A stretch of DNA of 64,000 nucleotides, from the NCBI RefSeq assembly GCF_006345805.1, contig NC_043022.1, positions 12,090,001-12,154,000 of the forward strand. The letters are read 5' to 3'. The notes beneath the pieces were generated by a model. It ran no database searches. It had not been told where the DNA came from and saw only the letters and a list, made by a program, of their open reading frames with translations. The stretch's first letter is position 1. Every line of letters begins with the position of its first letter. Positions 39,791 to 51,605 of the stretch are shown piece by piece. Position numbers and translations under genes: made by a program. This DNA comes from Octopus sinensis. Its lineage: Eukaryota.

Positions 39791-40394
39791 TACACACACG
39801 TGTGTGTTTCCCCGTACTGCTTGACAACATGTTGGTTTATGTTGCGTAACTGCAGTTTCGCGTAAGAGACCAAAGTACCAGGTTTTAGAAAAAACAAAAG
39901 TTATGGAGTCAATTCATTCGACTAGAACCCCTGTATGGCCCACAGTTCAGTGACTGAAACAAGATATATATATATCTCGCAAGGTCATTTTTCTTTCATT
40001 GAAAATGACACCATTCATGTTCTGTAGACCACTTCTAAGCAAATGGTTGGGGAGAGGGGCAATGGAGTATTAATGCCATAAATATATGTATATGCACACA
40101 CATAAGATGGCAATAAAATAGGAGATGACAATAAAGGAACTATTAAAAGGTAATAAAATGAGGTGACAACAACTGATACAAGTATTAAAAAGACTTTAAA
40201 ACTGTCATTCAGTGAAACGCCTGTCTTTGATTGGACTTCCTATAAAATATTTGCTTATCCAAGTATTTTGGTAGCGCCAATAACAATACTGATGTTTGTA
40301 TTATTGATTGTGAAAAGTCAATACCTGAGATGGATTTATGTTTCTAGAGAGAGAAAAAAAAAAAATCTTTTTTTCAATATTTATATCAACACTA

Positions 40395-40600
40395 TATTGT
40401 GGTCGGCTGTATCAAAGGCCTTGCTGAAATCAAGGTATATTACATCCACGTTGGAGCCCTCACTTAGTGTAATTAAGATGTCATCAAAGTGGTGGAGGAG
40501 CTGTGTGGGACTGGACAGTCCCTCCCACCACGAAAGCCATGCTGGTTGCAATTTAGAAGATGATTTTGTTCTAAGAAGGCTGTTATTCTTGATCTCAACA
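40395..40600 (-). mobile_element. CR1/L2-type LINE reverse transcriptase fragment
   Basis: ITAFLEQNHLL..QHGFRGGRDC..QLLHHFDDILITLSEGSNVDVIYLDFSKAFDTADH, with small frameshifts. Confidence 0.85.
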
Positions 40601-40631
40601 CTCATTATATATACTTTATTATTTACAATAT

Positions 40632-41017
40632 GGAAGCACTCCGTCGGTTACGACGACGAGGGTTCCGGTTGATCCAAATCAACGGAACAGCCTGCTCGTG
40701 AAATTAACGTGCAAGTGGCTGAGCACTCCACAGACACGTGCACCCTTAACGTAGTTCTCGGGGATATTCAGCGTGACACAGATAGTGACAAGGCCGGCCC
40801 TTTGAAATACAGGTACAACAGAAACAGGAAGTAAGAGTGAGAGAAAGTTGTGGTGAAAGAGTACAGCAGGGATCACCACCATCCCCTGCCGGAGCCTTGT
40901 GGAGCTTTAGGTGTTTTTCGCTCAATAAACACTCACAACGCCCGGTCTGGGAATCGAAACCGCGATCCTACGACCGTGAGTCCGCTGCCCTAACCACTGG
41001 GCCATTGCGCCTCCACA
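40632..41017 (-). mobile_element. SINE-E, tail type 2, with 11-bp TSD
   Basis: TSD ATTTACAATAT at 40621-40631 and 41018-41028; same head as the 21007 copy; tail ..ggaaccctcgtcgtcgtaaccgacggagtgc. Confidence 0.85.
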
Positions 41018-41109
41018 ATTTACAATATACATAACCAGGAATAACACAGCTGATGACAATTGGATTCCAAACTATTGAAATCAGTGAGTTCAGTGTTGTG
41101 CAACACACT

Positions 41110-41410
41110 TTATCCATCCACGTCATCATTTAACATCCATTGTCCATGCTGCCGTGGGTTGGATGGAAGGTTGTACCAGGCTCCAGTCTGATTTGGCGTG
41201 GTTTTCCTATGGCTGGGTGCCCTTCCTAACGCCAACCACTCCAAGAGTGTAATGGGTGCTTCTACATGCCACTGGCACGGATGCCATTTGCCTGACACTG
41301 GTATCTGCCACAGCTGTGATTTGCTTGGCTTGATGGGACTTCTTCTCAAGCACAACATAATGTCAAAGGCTTTGGTCATTGCCTCCGTGAGGCCCAACAC
41401 TTGAAAGGAT
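41110..41410 (-). mobile_element. RTE LINE 3' end fragment
   Basis: FQVLGLTEAMTK ORF2 tail followed by the same 3' UTR family. Confidence 0.7.
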
Positions 41411-41526
41411 CTTGGCCAAACAAATTGATGCACAGCAACGTTTTGGACCCATGCAATGTTTGTACAGACTTACTGAGTTTAGGAAGTGATCTTACTCAAT
41501 CACAAGTTGACTTCCAGTGTACATAA

Positions 41527-41866
41527 CCCTTTAGCATTTAAACTGGGCATATCCAGCTAAAATTGTGGAGGCACAATGGCCCAGTGGTTAGGGCAGCGGA
41601 CTCGCGGTCATAGGATCGCGGTTTCGATTCCCAGACCGGAACCCTCATCGTCGTAACCGACGGAGTGCTAAGAGAGTGCTTCCATCCAGCTAAAATATTC
41701 AATTTGTTTTATGTTCAAACTGACCAAATACAGTCTCTTGTATCTACCCTGCACTGTCATTCTAACAGTAAACAATCCCATAATCGAAAATCTCAAAGCT
41801 ACGAGATAATGCATGATTAATTCAAAACAAATGTGAATAGATAAGGCTAATCTAAATGCTGAAGGG
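41527..41866. mobile_element. piggyBac-like MITE family 1 carrying a mini-SINE insertion
   Basis: ATAA|CCCTTTAGCATT..AATGCTGAAGGG|ATAA with the family-1 internal sequence. Confidence 0.75.
41564..41683 (+). mobile_element. Mini SINE-E (tRNA head fused directly to 3' tail), 13-bp TSD
   Basis: TSD ATCCAGCTAAAAT at 41551-41563 and 41684-41696. Confidence 0.85.
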
Positions 41867-42049
41867 ATAAACTCGTTAGACGCAAATAGATATGAGTGAT
41901 AAGGAGAGACAAGGAAATAAGATATTGTAATGCTCAGTCATTGCCTCAATCACTGGCTCAAGAAAGAGAATTGTTTCTTGGAAGAGTTGAACTTAATTGG
42001 GCAATGTTTTAAGAATATATATACTAGTATAGTTAATTTCTTGTAAGCT

Positions 42050-42290
42050 CTGACAGAACAAATACATCCCAGTTATGACCATTCCCTCTAGTAATATCTA
42101 GGGTCAAATTATTGCTTAATGGGGCCTTCCAGTCATAATTATCTTGTCTAGTAATGTCTACCTTGATGTTTAGTAGTTTTGGACTAACCATGAAGAAGAG
42201 AAGAGATTGTCGCTTAAAAAAAACATTTTGAGAAGATACTGAGAAAGCAAGCTGTTGGATGTAGTTAGAGAGAGGGCAAGTGGTGCAGTA
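42050..42290 (+). mobile_element. Possible highly decayed RTE/BovB-like C-terminal fragment
   Basis: Weak FG..M.KR....L.KNIL similarity only. Confidence 0.25.
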
Positions 42291-42355
42291 AGACTGAGCA
42301 CTGAGGCAAGTTGTGCAGTGCGCTGGGCAAGTTGTGCAGTAAGGCTGAGCACAAA

Positions 42356-42760
42356 GGCGGTGAGCTGGCAGAAACGTTAGCATGCTGGGCGAAATACTTA
42401 GTGGTATTTCGTCTGCTGTTACGTTCTGAGTTCAAATTCCGCCGAGGTCGACTTTGCCTTTCATTCTTTCGGGGTCGATAAATTAAGTACCAGTTACGCA
42501 CTGGGGTCGATGTAATCGACTTAATCTGTTTGTTTGTCCTCTCTGTGTTTAGCCCCTTGTGGGTAGTAAAGAAATAGGTATTTCATCTGCTGTTGCGTTC
42601 TGAGTTCAAATTCCGCCGAGGTCGACTTTGCCTTTCATCCTTTCGGGGTCGATAAATTAAGTACCAGTTACACACTGGGGTCGATGTAATCGACTTAATC
42701 CGTTTGTCTGTCCTTGTTTGTCCCCTCTATGTTTAGCCCCTTGTGGGCAATAAAGAAATA
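42356..42760 (+). mobile_element. SINE-B dimer (head-body-tail plus body-tail)
   Basis: Junction aaagaaata|ggtatttc at 42576/42577. Confidence 0.85.
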
Positions 42761-43629
42761 AGACTGGGCACTGAGGTTGATAGAAATCTCTAACTTAACA
42801 AAGGGAGTTTTGTTGCCCACATCAGAGGGTGGTTCCAGCTAGCTCTTGAATCACAGTGGGAAGAGCCAAAACCCCTACAGATCTTCTTCATCACCTGATA
42901 AAACCTTGACCCATGTATCTGGAGATGTAGAGCCCTCAGCACACGCTTACCCTAAACAGGGTCATGTTGTCTTTTGTGGCCTTCTTTTCTTAAGATGGTG
43001 GGTGGTGGTTCGAAGGAGATCTTACTGCTATTTTTTGCAAGCCCAGTGGACATGTAGCAGTTCTCTCCTTAGTTTGACTTCATGAATATTTTGCCAGTAG
43101 ATTAATACTGCTGTTGTTGAAGTTGATGAGGGTTTATTAATACTAATTAGTAACAGAGGAATATGAATAATGAAAACAGAAAACTACTCTGGACAAACAT
43201 TCCTGGCATTTCAAGAATTTCTCTTTGCATTGAAATATTTTAGTAAATAGTGCTTTGCAATTACCACTGCTATTACTACTAGTCATCAACGCTATTACTA
43301 CTACTACCACCACTGCTTTAAAGACAGATACCAGATGGTCCACCACCACCACCACATTTCTCTCTGATCTCATTGGTTGAATCTGGACAGGTTTAATGTT
43401 GAACAGACCTGCGGAAGTCTTCCTCTTTCTGTTTTGTGAAAGTGCGTTGTATACACCTGCAGTATTGTGTGTATATAAACCTGAAATACTGTGTGCGTAA
43501 ATCATGCTTGGTTGTGTTGGTAAGAAGTTCACTTCCCAATTATATGGTTTCAGGTTCAATCCTAATGCCTAGCACTTTGGGCAAACAGAACCTTGCAAGT
43601 GGATTTGGGACATGGAAGCTGTGTGTATA

Positions 43630-43865
43630 TCATCATCGTTTAACGTCCATTTTCCATGCTAGCATGGGTTGGACGGTTCGACCGGGGTCTGGGAAGCCAG
43701 GAGGCTGCACCAGGCTCCAATCTGATCTGGCAGTGTTTCTACAGCTGGATGCCCTTCCTAACGCCAACCACTCCGTGAGTGTAGTGGGTGCTTTTTACAT
43801 GCCAGGGGAGTCTGGCAGTGGCCACGATCGGTTGGTGCTTTTTACGTGCCACCGGCACAGAAACC
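43630..43865 (-). mobile_element. RTE 3' UTR copy nested in SINE-D (43500-44110)
   Basis: catcatcgtttaacgtcc.. interrupts a CORE-type SINE head and tail. Confidence 0.75.
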
Positions 43866-44844
43866 AATCAACATTTAATGTTCGTTTGCCAGCATCGAAG
43901 ATGGATGTAAGATAATTATGATAATGATGCATACACACACACACACAATCACACACGGGTGCATGTGAATGTTTGTGTCTCCTTGTCTTGACATTGGATG
44001 ATTTTTGTAAATCACCAGATGGGGGTTAGCAACAGGAAAGGCATCTGGCCATAAAAGGTCTGACTCAAACTCTGATGCCTGGAAAAGTGGTCATTAAAAT
44101 GATGATGGTCATCATCATATTACCCTTTTAGTATTCCGGGTATTGTGTTAAATGTAATACTTATTCATTCAGATTGTTTTAAATTATGTGAAGCTTCTAG
44201 ATTCCAATGATGTGATTATTTTTCTGATTGGTTTAAACACAAAACCAATGTTTGGGCTGGGTTTGGCCAGTTTAAACCTAAAATGCCAGGTATATAGGTT
44301 AGAATTACTGAAGTATATAATTACAGGTGTGACTCTGTGATTAGGGAAGTTAATAGGCATTTGTCGTGTGTGTGGTTTTGGGGTGTGTCAAGCAGGGTAC
44401 ATCTAGGATTACATTATGTATTATACCTTTTCTCTACAAAAACATGCTGTGATTTGAGGAGAAACTTGGCTGCTATTTCTAGCAAGTCAGGTCAAGGGCA
44501 CTTTTTGGTTGAGAATCCCCTGCCCTGCATGTAGCTTGACCTCCTTAAAAAGCAACTAAATCTCCCTCAAATCATACTCCACTGTTATAAAAAGGGAAAA
44601 ATATATCTTTTTCTTGTTGTTGTTACTCATTTCAGTTATTGGATTGTGGCCATGCTGGAGCACCACTTTTAAAGTTTAGCTGAACAAATTGACCCTAGTA
44701 CTTATTTTGAAGTCCAATACTTATTCTATTGGCCTCTTTAGCCAAACTGCTAAGTTATAGGAATATAAACAAACCAACACTGGTTGTCAAGTGGTGGTGG
44801 GGTAACAAACTTATGTGTATGCATGTGTGTGTACTCTTTACTCT

Positions 44845-45042
44845 CTTTTACTTGTTTCAGCCATTTGACTACGACCATGCTGGAGCACCGCCTTTAGTCA
44901 AGCAAATCGACCCCAGGACTTATTCTTTGTAAGCCTAGTACTTATTCTATCGGTCTCTTTTGCTGAACCGCTAAGTTACGGGGACGTAAACTCACCAGCA
45001 TCGGTTGTGAAGCGATGTTGGGGGAACAAACACAAACATACA

Positions 45043-45088
<46 letters not shown>

Positions 45089-45250
45089 GACAGGCTTCTT
45101 TCAGTTTCCGTCTACCAAATCCACTCGCAAGGCTTTGGTTGGCCCGAGGCTATAGTAGAAGACACTTGTCCAAGGTGCCACGCAGTGGGACTGAACCCAA
45201 AACTATGTGGTAGGTAAGCAAGCTACTTACCACACAGCCACTCCTACGCC
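44845..45250 (-). mobile_element. SINE-A, full length (an older tail fragment lies at about 44620-44800)
   Basis: Reverse complement of the family consensus. Confidence 0.8.
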
Positions 45251-45266
45251 TAGACACTTGCCCAAC

Positions 45267-45312
<46 letters not shown>

Positions 45313-45389
45313 ATATTGGAATAAATCCAAACTTACAGGGAAAAATCAGATTTAGGATTGAATCCAATTTTATAGTAAAATATTATATT

Positions 45390-45667
45390 ATATTAAATTA
45401 GAGACAAAACCACTATTAGGCAAATCAAACAATGAAAAATTTAAGCCAAACCTCGCCAAGATAAATATTTAAACCACCTGATGAATGACTGCGACTCAAA
45501 AATTTGAAGAAGTTAGCAGGCATGAAACGATCGTAGTGTGATATTAATTATATTTTTTAATAATTTTGTTATATATTTAAATAATATAAATTAAATAATC
45601 TTATGTATTGGCTTGAGTTTTTCATTGTTTTATTTGCCTAATAGTGGTTTTGTCTCTAATTTAATAT
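45390..45667. repeat. 60-bp inverted repeat pair (45390-45449 / 45608-45667) enclosing a hammerhead
   Basis: 57 of 60 positions complementary by eye. Confidence 0.85.
45475..45538 (+). ncRNA. Minimal type-I hammerhead ribozyme motif (Penelope-like)
   Basis: CAC-CTGATGA-ATGACTG..CAGGCAT-GAAAC-GATC-GTA-GTG. Core intact, palindromic ACGATCGT stem III, one mismatch in stem II, 3-bp stem I. Confidence 0.7.
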
Positions 45668-45690
45668 ATATATATATATATATATATAAA

Positions 45691-45837
45691 GACAGGCTTC
45701 CACACAGTTTCCATCTATCAAATTCACTTAGAAGGCATTGGTTGGCCTGAGGTGAGAGCAGAAGCCCATGTTACCATACGGTGAGACTGAAGCTGATATC
45801 AGAGAGCTGCAAAGCAAGCTTCTTAACAGCACAGTCA

Positions 45838-45890
<53 letters not shown>

Positions 45891-45900
45891 TATATATATA

Positions 45901-45933
<33 letters not shown>

Positions 45934-46081
45934 GACAGGCTTCCACACAGTTTCCATCTATCAAATTCACTTAGAAGGCATTGGTTGGCCTGAGGTGAGA
46001 GCAGAAGCCCATGTACCATACGGTGAGACTGAAGCTGATATCAGAGAGCTGCAAAGCAAGCTTCTTAACAGCACAGTCATT

Positions 46082-46118
<37 letters not shown>
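45691..46118. repeat. Near-identical tandem duplication, period 243 bp
   Basis: gacaggcttccacacag starts at 45691 and 45934. Confidence 0.9.
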
Positions 46119-46177
<59 letters not shown>

Positions 46178-47052
46178 AGAAAGAGGGCAATGTTAGAAGT
46201 ACAGTCTGAAAAAATAAGATGTAATAGTTGCAGTTGGAATGCCTGTGATCATAGGTTTGCTCAGTGTTGGCCCAGGGTTAAACAACAACAAGCATAATCT
46301 TGGCACTTTTTTTTTTTTTAGCTGCATGCCATCACATAAATACAATCTGAGATTTAAAAACACACCCATCCACCCATCTGCCCATCCCTCCACCCATCCA
46401 TCCATGTATAATGAAACAGACTGGGGTTGCATTTTTATAAGCTTGTAAACTGTTGATTTTTATGTCAAGTTTACCTCAATCATTCTGTACCTTATCAAGA
46501 GCTCTCACATACTCTAAGCACCTCAACCAACCCCCATCTCAACCACCTACTGCATAAATCTCTCCTTCATCGTTGTCCTTTTCCCCACTAAGTGGGTATA
46601 CATGCCTGCAATGCTGTATAATATATGTATATATGTGTGTGTGTGTGTATATACATATATATTGTGTGTGCATTCTTTCTGGCACATTGTGAATTATGGT
46701 CTGTGAAGTGTTTAATTATTCTAAGCCCGTTATTTACATTTTACTCAACTAACATAACAAGGAGGAATGTAAAGTAGTTCATTAATGCTCTACTTTGCTA
46801 AATGCTCTGTCTCAGTCTTCGAAGCCTCCCCGACAGACCTTTCTCTATAAACCCCTTCCCACAAATATTTCTGTCTAAATCTCTTAGCTCGGACCACTTT
46901 AGTATTCCATCCACCTCAGTATGGTATTGAACTTCTCACCTGTCCACCCACTTGACTCAGGCTTTATAAAGAGCCAGAGGCACTGATTTCCCTTTTGGCT
47001 AAGAGAAAAAACTGAATAAAAACATTTTAGCATAAACATATTTGTCTTCAAC

Positions 47053-47715
47053 ATTTCTAGCATTTAAATGTGCCACATAAAAGGCACTGGTGATGGTGCC
47101 ACATAAGCACCCAGTGCACTGTAAAGGGGTTGGCATTAAGAAGGGCATCCAGGTGTAAAAACCAAGCCAAAGCAGAGTGTAGCCAGGTGTGGTTCCTGGT
47201 CTTGTCAGCTCCTGTCAAGCTATCCAACCCATGCCAGCATAGAAAACAGATGTTAAATGACGATGATATCAAGTATTCTTCCTGTTTTATGTTCAAACTG
47301 GCTGGATTTGGCATCTCACACCTACCCTACAATGTCATTCTGAAACTAAACAATCACATCATCAAAATCTGGAAGCTACAAGGTATTGCATAATTAATTC
47401 AATGGCTTCCGTGCCGGTGGAACGTAAAATGCACCAATCCGATCGTGGCCGATGCCAGCCTCGCCTGGCACCTGTGCAGGTGGCACGTAAAACGCACCCA
47501 CTACACTCACGGAGTGGTTGGCGTTAGGAAGAGCATCCAGCTGTAGAAACACTGCCAGATCAGACTGGAGCCTGGTGAAGCCTTCTGGCTTCCCAGATCC
47601 CCGGTCGAACCGTCCAACCCATGCTAGCATGGAGAACGGACGTTAAACGATGATGATGATGATGTTGTGGATCAATAAGCATTCCATTTGAACGAGCAAT
47701 CTGAATGCTAAGGGG
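47053..47715. mobile_element. piggyBac-like MITE family 1, split by two RTE 3' ends
   Basis: Right end aatgctaagggg|TTAA (47716-47719); internal family sequence at 47270-47401; left TIR degenerate. Confidence 0.6.
47070..47663 (+). mobile_element. Two RTE 3' UTR copies (about 47070-47265 and 47402-47663) inside a MITE
   Basis: Both carry the family core and GAT tail; MITE sequence resumes between and after them. Confidence 0.75.
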
Positions 47716-47749
47716 TTAATGTTGTTTCATTCTCGCATTAGTTGCCATC

Positions 47750-47805
47750 TGTCAGGACGCATCTGTCAGGACGCATCTGTCAGGACGCATCTGTCAGGAC
47801 GCATC
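47750..47805. repeat. 14-bp perfect tandem repeat CATCTGTCAGGACG x4
   Basis: Direct inspection. Confidence 0.9.
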
Positions 47806-48811
47806 CTTCAAAAGTTCCACGTGTCCTGGAATCCACCAACTCTACTCCTGAAAGTGTGCCTGTGCCCTCATTTCCTCTTTATGATTCTTGTCCTGTTCTT
47901 TTCCGTCTTCTTGTCTTCTTTCGTATGTATTAAACATCATGAACTTCTGGCCCTCATTACTTATCTTGTTTTACTTTCTGTCCCTTCTTATTCTTTAGTT
48001 TAATCCAATTTATAACATTAGTCCAATCTTTATTGGTATAGAACATGGATATTAACAGATGATGATGTGCAGATGTTCTTTTCTGAATTTGCCCACAATA
48101 TTGTTTACATTATCTCTACACCACTCCTCAGTGTTGTCTAAATAAATAAAAGAATCAGTTTTAACAAAAAAAAACACACAGGCAAAAGAACCTTCTAGCC
48201 ATTACCTTAACAGTAAAAATATCAAATGAAATAAATAACTAATGTAATCATGAGAAAGATGTGATCAATATATGCATGTAATTTTTCTCTAAATGTACAA
48301 ATGTTATTGTGGCTCGCTTCTTGATCTTTGGCTTGCCCTGCGTGTATGTATTATTGATTTATACTGCGCTAATTAATATAATAATGTATCATAATAACTA
48401 ATTGTGTTGTGATATGTATGCGCATGTGTGTGAGTTTATAATCATCATATAATGTCCGTTGTCCTTGCTGGCATGGGTTGGATGGCCTGACCATCCGTGT
48501 ATGACCAACAGTTGTGAAAAACTGAGTAGAAAACTGGTTTTTTGCCCTTAAATCCTTCATTTTTGACCAAATTCGTCCAAATCTCACATGAACAGTACAG
48601 ATGACTCAACAATGGTTCAAAACTATTTTTGGTTAATATTCTTTATTTAACTTGCGACAGATCTACGAAATACTGCGAAACATCACCTTTTCGCATTTTT
48701 GCAGAGTAACACCCCAAAAAGCTGTTTCAAGGAATGCCTGATGTTTTTTTTTTTTGCTTTTTGTTGCAAAAGAACCACTATGTTGCATCATTTCTGGAAA
48801 GTATTTGTTCT

Positions 48812-49435
48812 TGATGTGACTGTGTGGTAAGAATTTTGCTCTCCAATCACATGATTCTAGATTCAGTCCCACTGTGTGGCACTTTGAGCAAGCATTTTTC
48901 TACTTGAGCATTGGCTTGGCAAAAATTTTGTTAGTGGATCTGATAGACAGAAGCTGAAAGAAGCCCATCATATAGGTATATATATATGTATGTATATATC
49001 TGTGTGTCGGTCTTTGTCCCCCATCACTGCTTGACAACCAGAGTTGGTGTATTTACACTCCCATAACTTAGCAGTTCAGCAAAAGAGTCTGATAGAATAA
49101 GTACCAGGCTTACAAAAGAAAAAAAAAGTACTGGGGTTGATTTGTTTGACTAAAATTCTTTAACCCTTTAGTATTTAAAACGGCCATATCCGGCCAAAAT
49201 AGCTAATCTGTTTTATGTTCAAACTGACCAGATCCAGGCCCTCACACCTATCCTACAATGTTATTCTACATTAAGTAATTACACCATCAAGCTTTTGAAG
49301 ATATGAGATAATGCATGATTAATTCAAATCAATGGGAATCAATAAGCATTATGTTTGATTGAATAATCTGAACACTAAAGGGTTAAGGTGGTGCCCCAGC
49401 ATGGCCATAGGCTGAAACAAGTAAAAGATAAAAGA
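48812..49435 (+). mobile_element. SINE-A hosting a MITE-1 insertion
   Basis: Head, core and tail split at TTAA 49160. Confidence 0.75.
49164..49382. mobile_element. piggyBac-like MITE family 1, inserted in SINE-A
   Basis: TTAA|CCCTTTAG..CTAAAGGG|TTAA; SINE-A tail resumes ggtggtgccccagcatggcc. Confidence 0.85.
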
Positions 49436-51189
49436 TACACAGACACACACTGGTGGAAAGTTTGGTGATGGATGGCAGAGTGGTGTGTGTGATTAATTGT
49501 CAGAAATGACATCATTTGTTGTAGCCGTGTTTCTGATGAAGTTTCTTTGGGTGTGTGGTGTAAAACAGATGCTAATGGAATGTGGTTTATAATCTGTGGT
49601 CCAGCCTCAGACATCTCTTATCAGTGATGTTGGTTTATCCTAAATAACCAGAGATATCTCTGTTCGTGTTGTTGCTGTTCACTGTTACTGTCTGGTTTCA
49701 TATCATTGTTGTTGATGATGATGATGATGATGATGATGTTTGAAATGTGATCCGGGAAGAAACAGAAGACAATGGATTCCTAACTGCATTGGAAGATTGA
49801 AACAGTTTGTACGTAGTGTAGTATTAGTACAGTGTGTATAGTATGGCTTTAGTGCAGACTACATGTAGAATGGTGTCAGGACAGACAGCATGTAGAATGG
49901 TGTTCGGACAGAACATGTATGATGTAAGATTGGCTAAGACAACATTCAATATGGCGTTAGCACAGACAGCATGTAGTATGGTGTTGTAAAAACATTTGCT
50001 TTCTGTAAAATGATGTTCTATTTCTGGTTGGAGTTTCAGATGAGAGAAAAACATGATACAGTTAAAAGTAAGAAAACAAACCCCAAATCGTAATTAGATT
50101 TTCATTAATGTTTAAGGTCAGTTATTTTAGTTATGATCCAATGTCAATAATATATTTCCAACTCTAGCAAAATTGTTCTTTTTTCCCCCCCTCATCACTC
50201 CCATAGAATAGTGTTGACCTTTTGTGTTTTTTTATTTTTATAAGAGAAAAATGAGGAAGAGGGGTGCTTATGACCTTTGAAGTCTCCCCTAGACTGATGT
50301 GGGTGATGCTTATAAATACAAGAGGGGTGAAGTAGGAGTGTTTGTGACCTTTGAAATTCCTCCCAGTGTGTGTGTGAGTGCATGTGCAATCCAGATACCT
50401 AGATTTGAGAGAAGAGGAGGCGGAAAAGCAGGGCAGTGTTTTTGTATTGTGAAGTCCCTCCTAGGTACTTGAACATCTGCAGGTAAACCGTGGACAAGAA
50501 GAGCCAAGGACCAGATGGCATTAAGCCAACCAAGGACCAAGTAGCAGTAGTAGTAATGGTGGTGGTAGTGGTGGTGATATCAAAACAGTGTATTCAACCT
50601 GTTGCCCAAACTAAAGACCTGCTTTGACTAGTATTAAGGTTGTAGATTTAAACTGAAACTTTAATTTGAAACACTGAGGTTCAGCTCCGCTGCATGTGCT
50701 CCTGGTGTTGTTTCGGTTAAAAAGTTTCCATCTGAACCATGTGGTATCAGGTTCAATCCCACTGCATATCTTGGGCAAAAAGGTTCTGTCTTTATATAGT
50801 CTCCCAGGTAACTCAACCTAGCAAACTAGTCTGTCTGTATCTGTTTGTGCCCTCTCTGGCTACCAGAGAAACCCCATAGGATTTCAATGGAGTGCTTTTT
50901 GACAGGCAGTGATTGGATATTACTGTCTTGAGTCATAGGACACATCGGACCCAGTTACCCTGGCTTCAATGGCTTATAAATCACTGGGAGAACATCATTC
51001 ATCCTGAACAAAAGGGTGACACATTTACAGCTGAATGAACTGGAGCCACATGAAATGAAGTGTTTTGCTCAAGAATATAATGAACCACCCAGTCCAGGAA
51101 TTGAAACCACAATCTTACAATCATGAATCAACACCTTAATCACTTGGGCAGGTGCCTTCCAGTGGTTGGAGCCTCTATTGAATTAATAT

Positions 51190-51605
51190 AGGTATAGGCG
51201 TGGCTTATATTCACAGGCATGGTTGTGTGGTAAGAAGCTTGCTTTCTGACAACGTCCTGGGTTCAGTCCCACTGTGTGGCACCTTGGGCAAGTGCCCTCT
51301 GCTATAGGTTTGGACTGACCAAAGCCTCATGAGTGGATTTGGTAGACAGAAATTGAAGGAAGCCTTTTGTATGCGTGTGTGTGTCTTTGTGTCTGTTTGT
51401 CCCCCACCACCTCTTGACAACTGGTGTTGGTGTGTTTACATCCCTGTGATGTAATGGTTCAACAAAAAAGACTGATGGAATAAGTTAGGGTCATTTCAAT
51501 CAACTAAAAATCCTTGAATTTGGTGCTCCAGCATGGCCTGAATTTGGTGCCCCAGCATGGCCCGTTGTGTAATGACTGAAGCAAGTGAAAAATAAAGAAA
51601 AAAAG
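51190..51605 (+). mobile_element. SINE-A
   Basis: Family head, core and tail; the tggtgctccagcatggcc block is locally duplicated. Confidence 0.75.

Noticed and set aside
40163-40672. 169-aa plus-strand ORF
   Set aside because: Antisense to a CR1 RT fragment and running into a SINE.
47810-47900. WIPGHV on minus, resembling RNase H
   Set aside because: Six residues only, flanked by stops.
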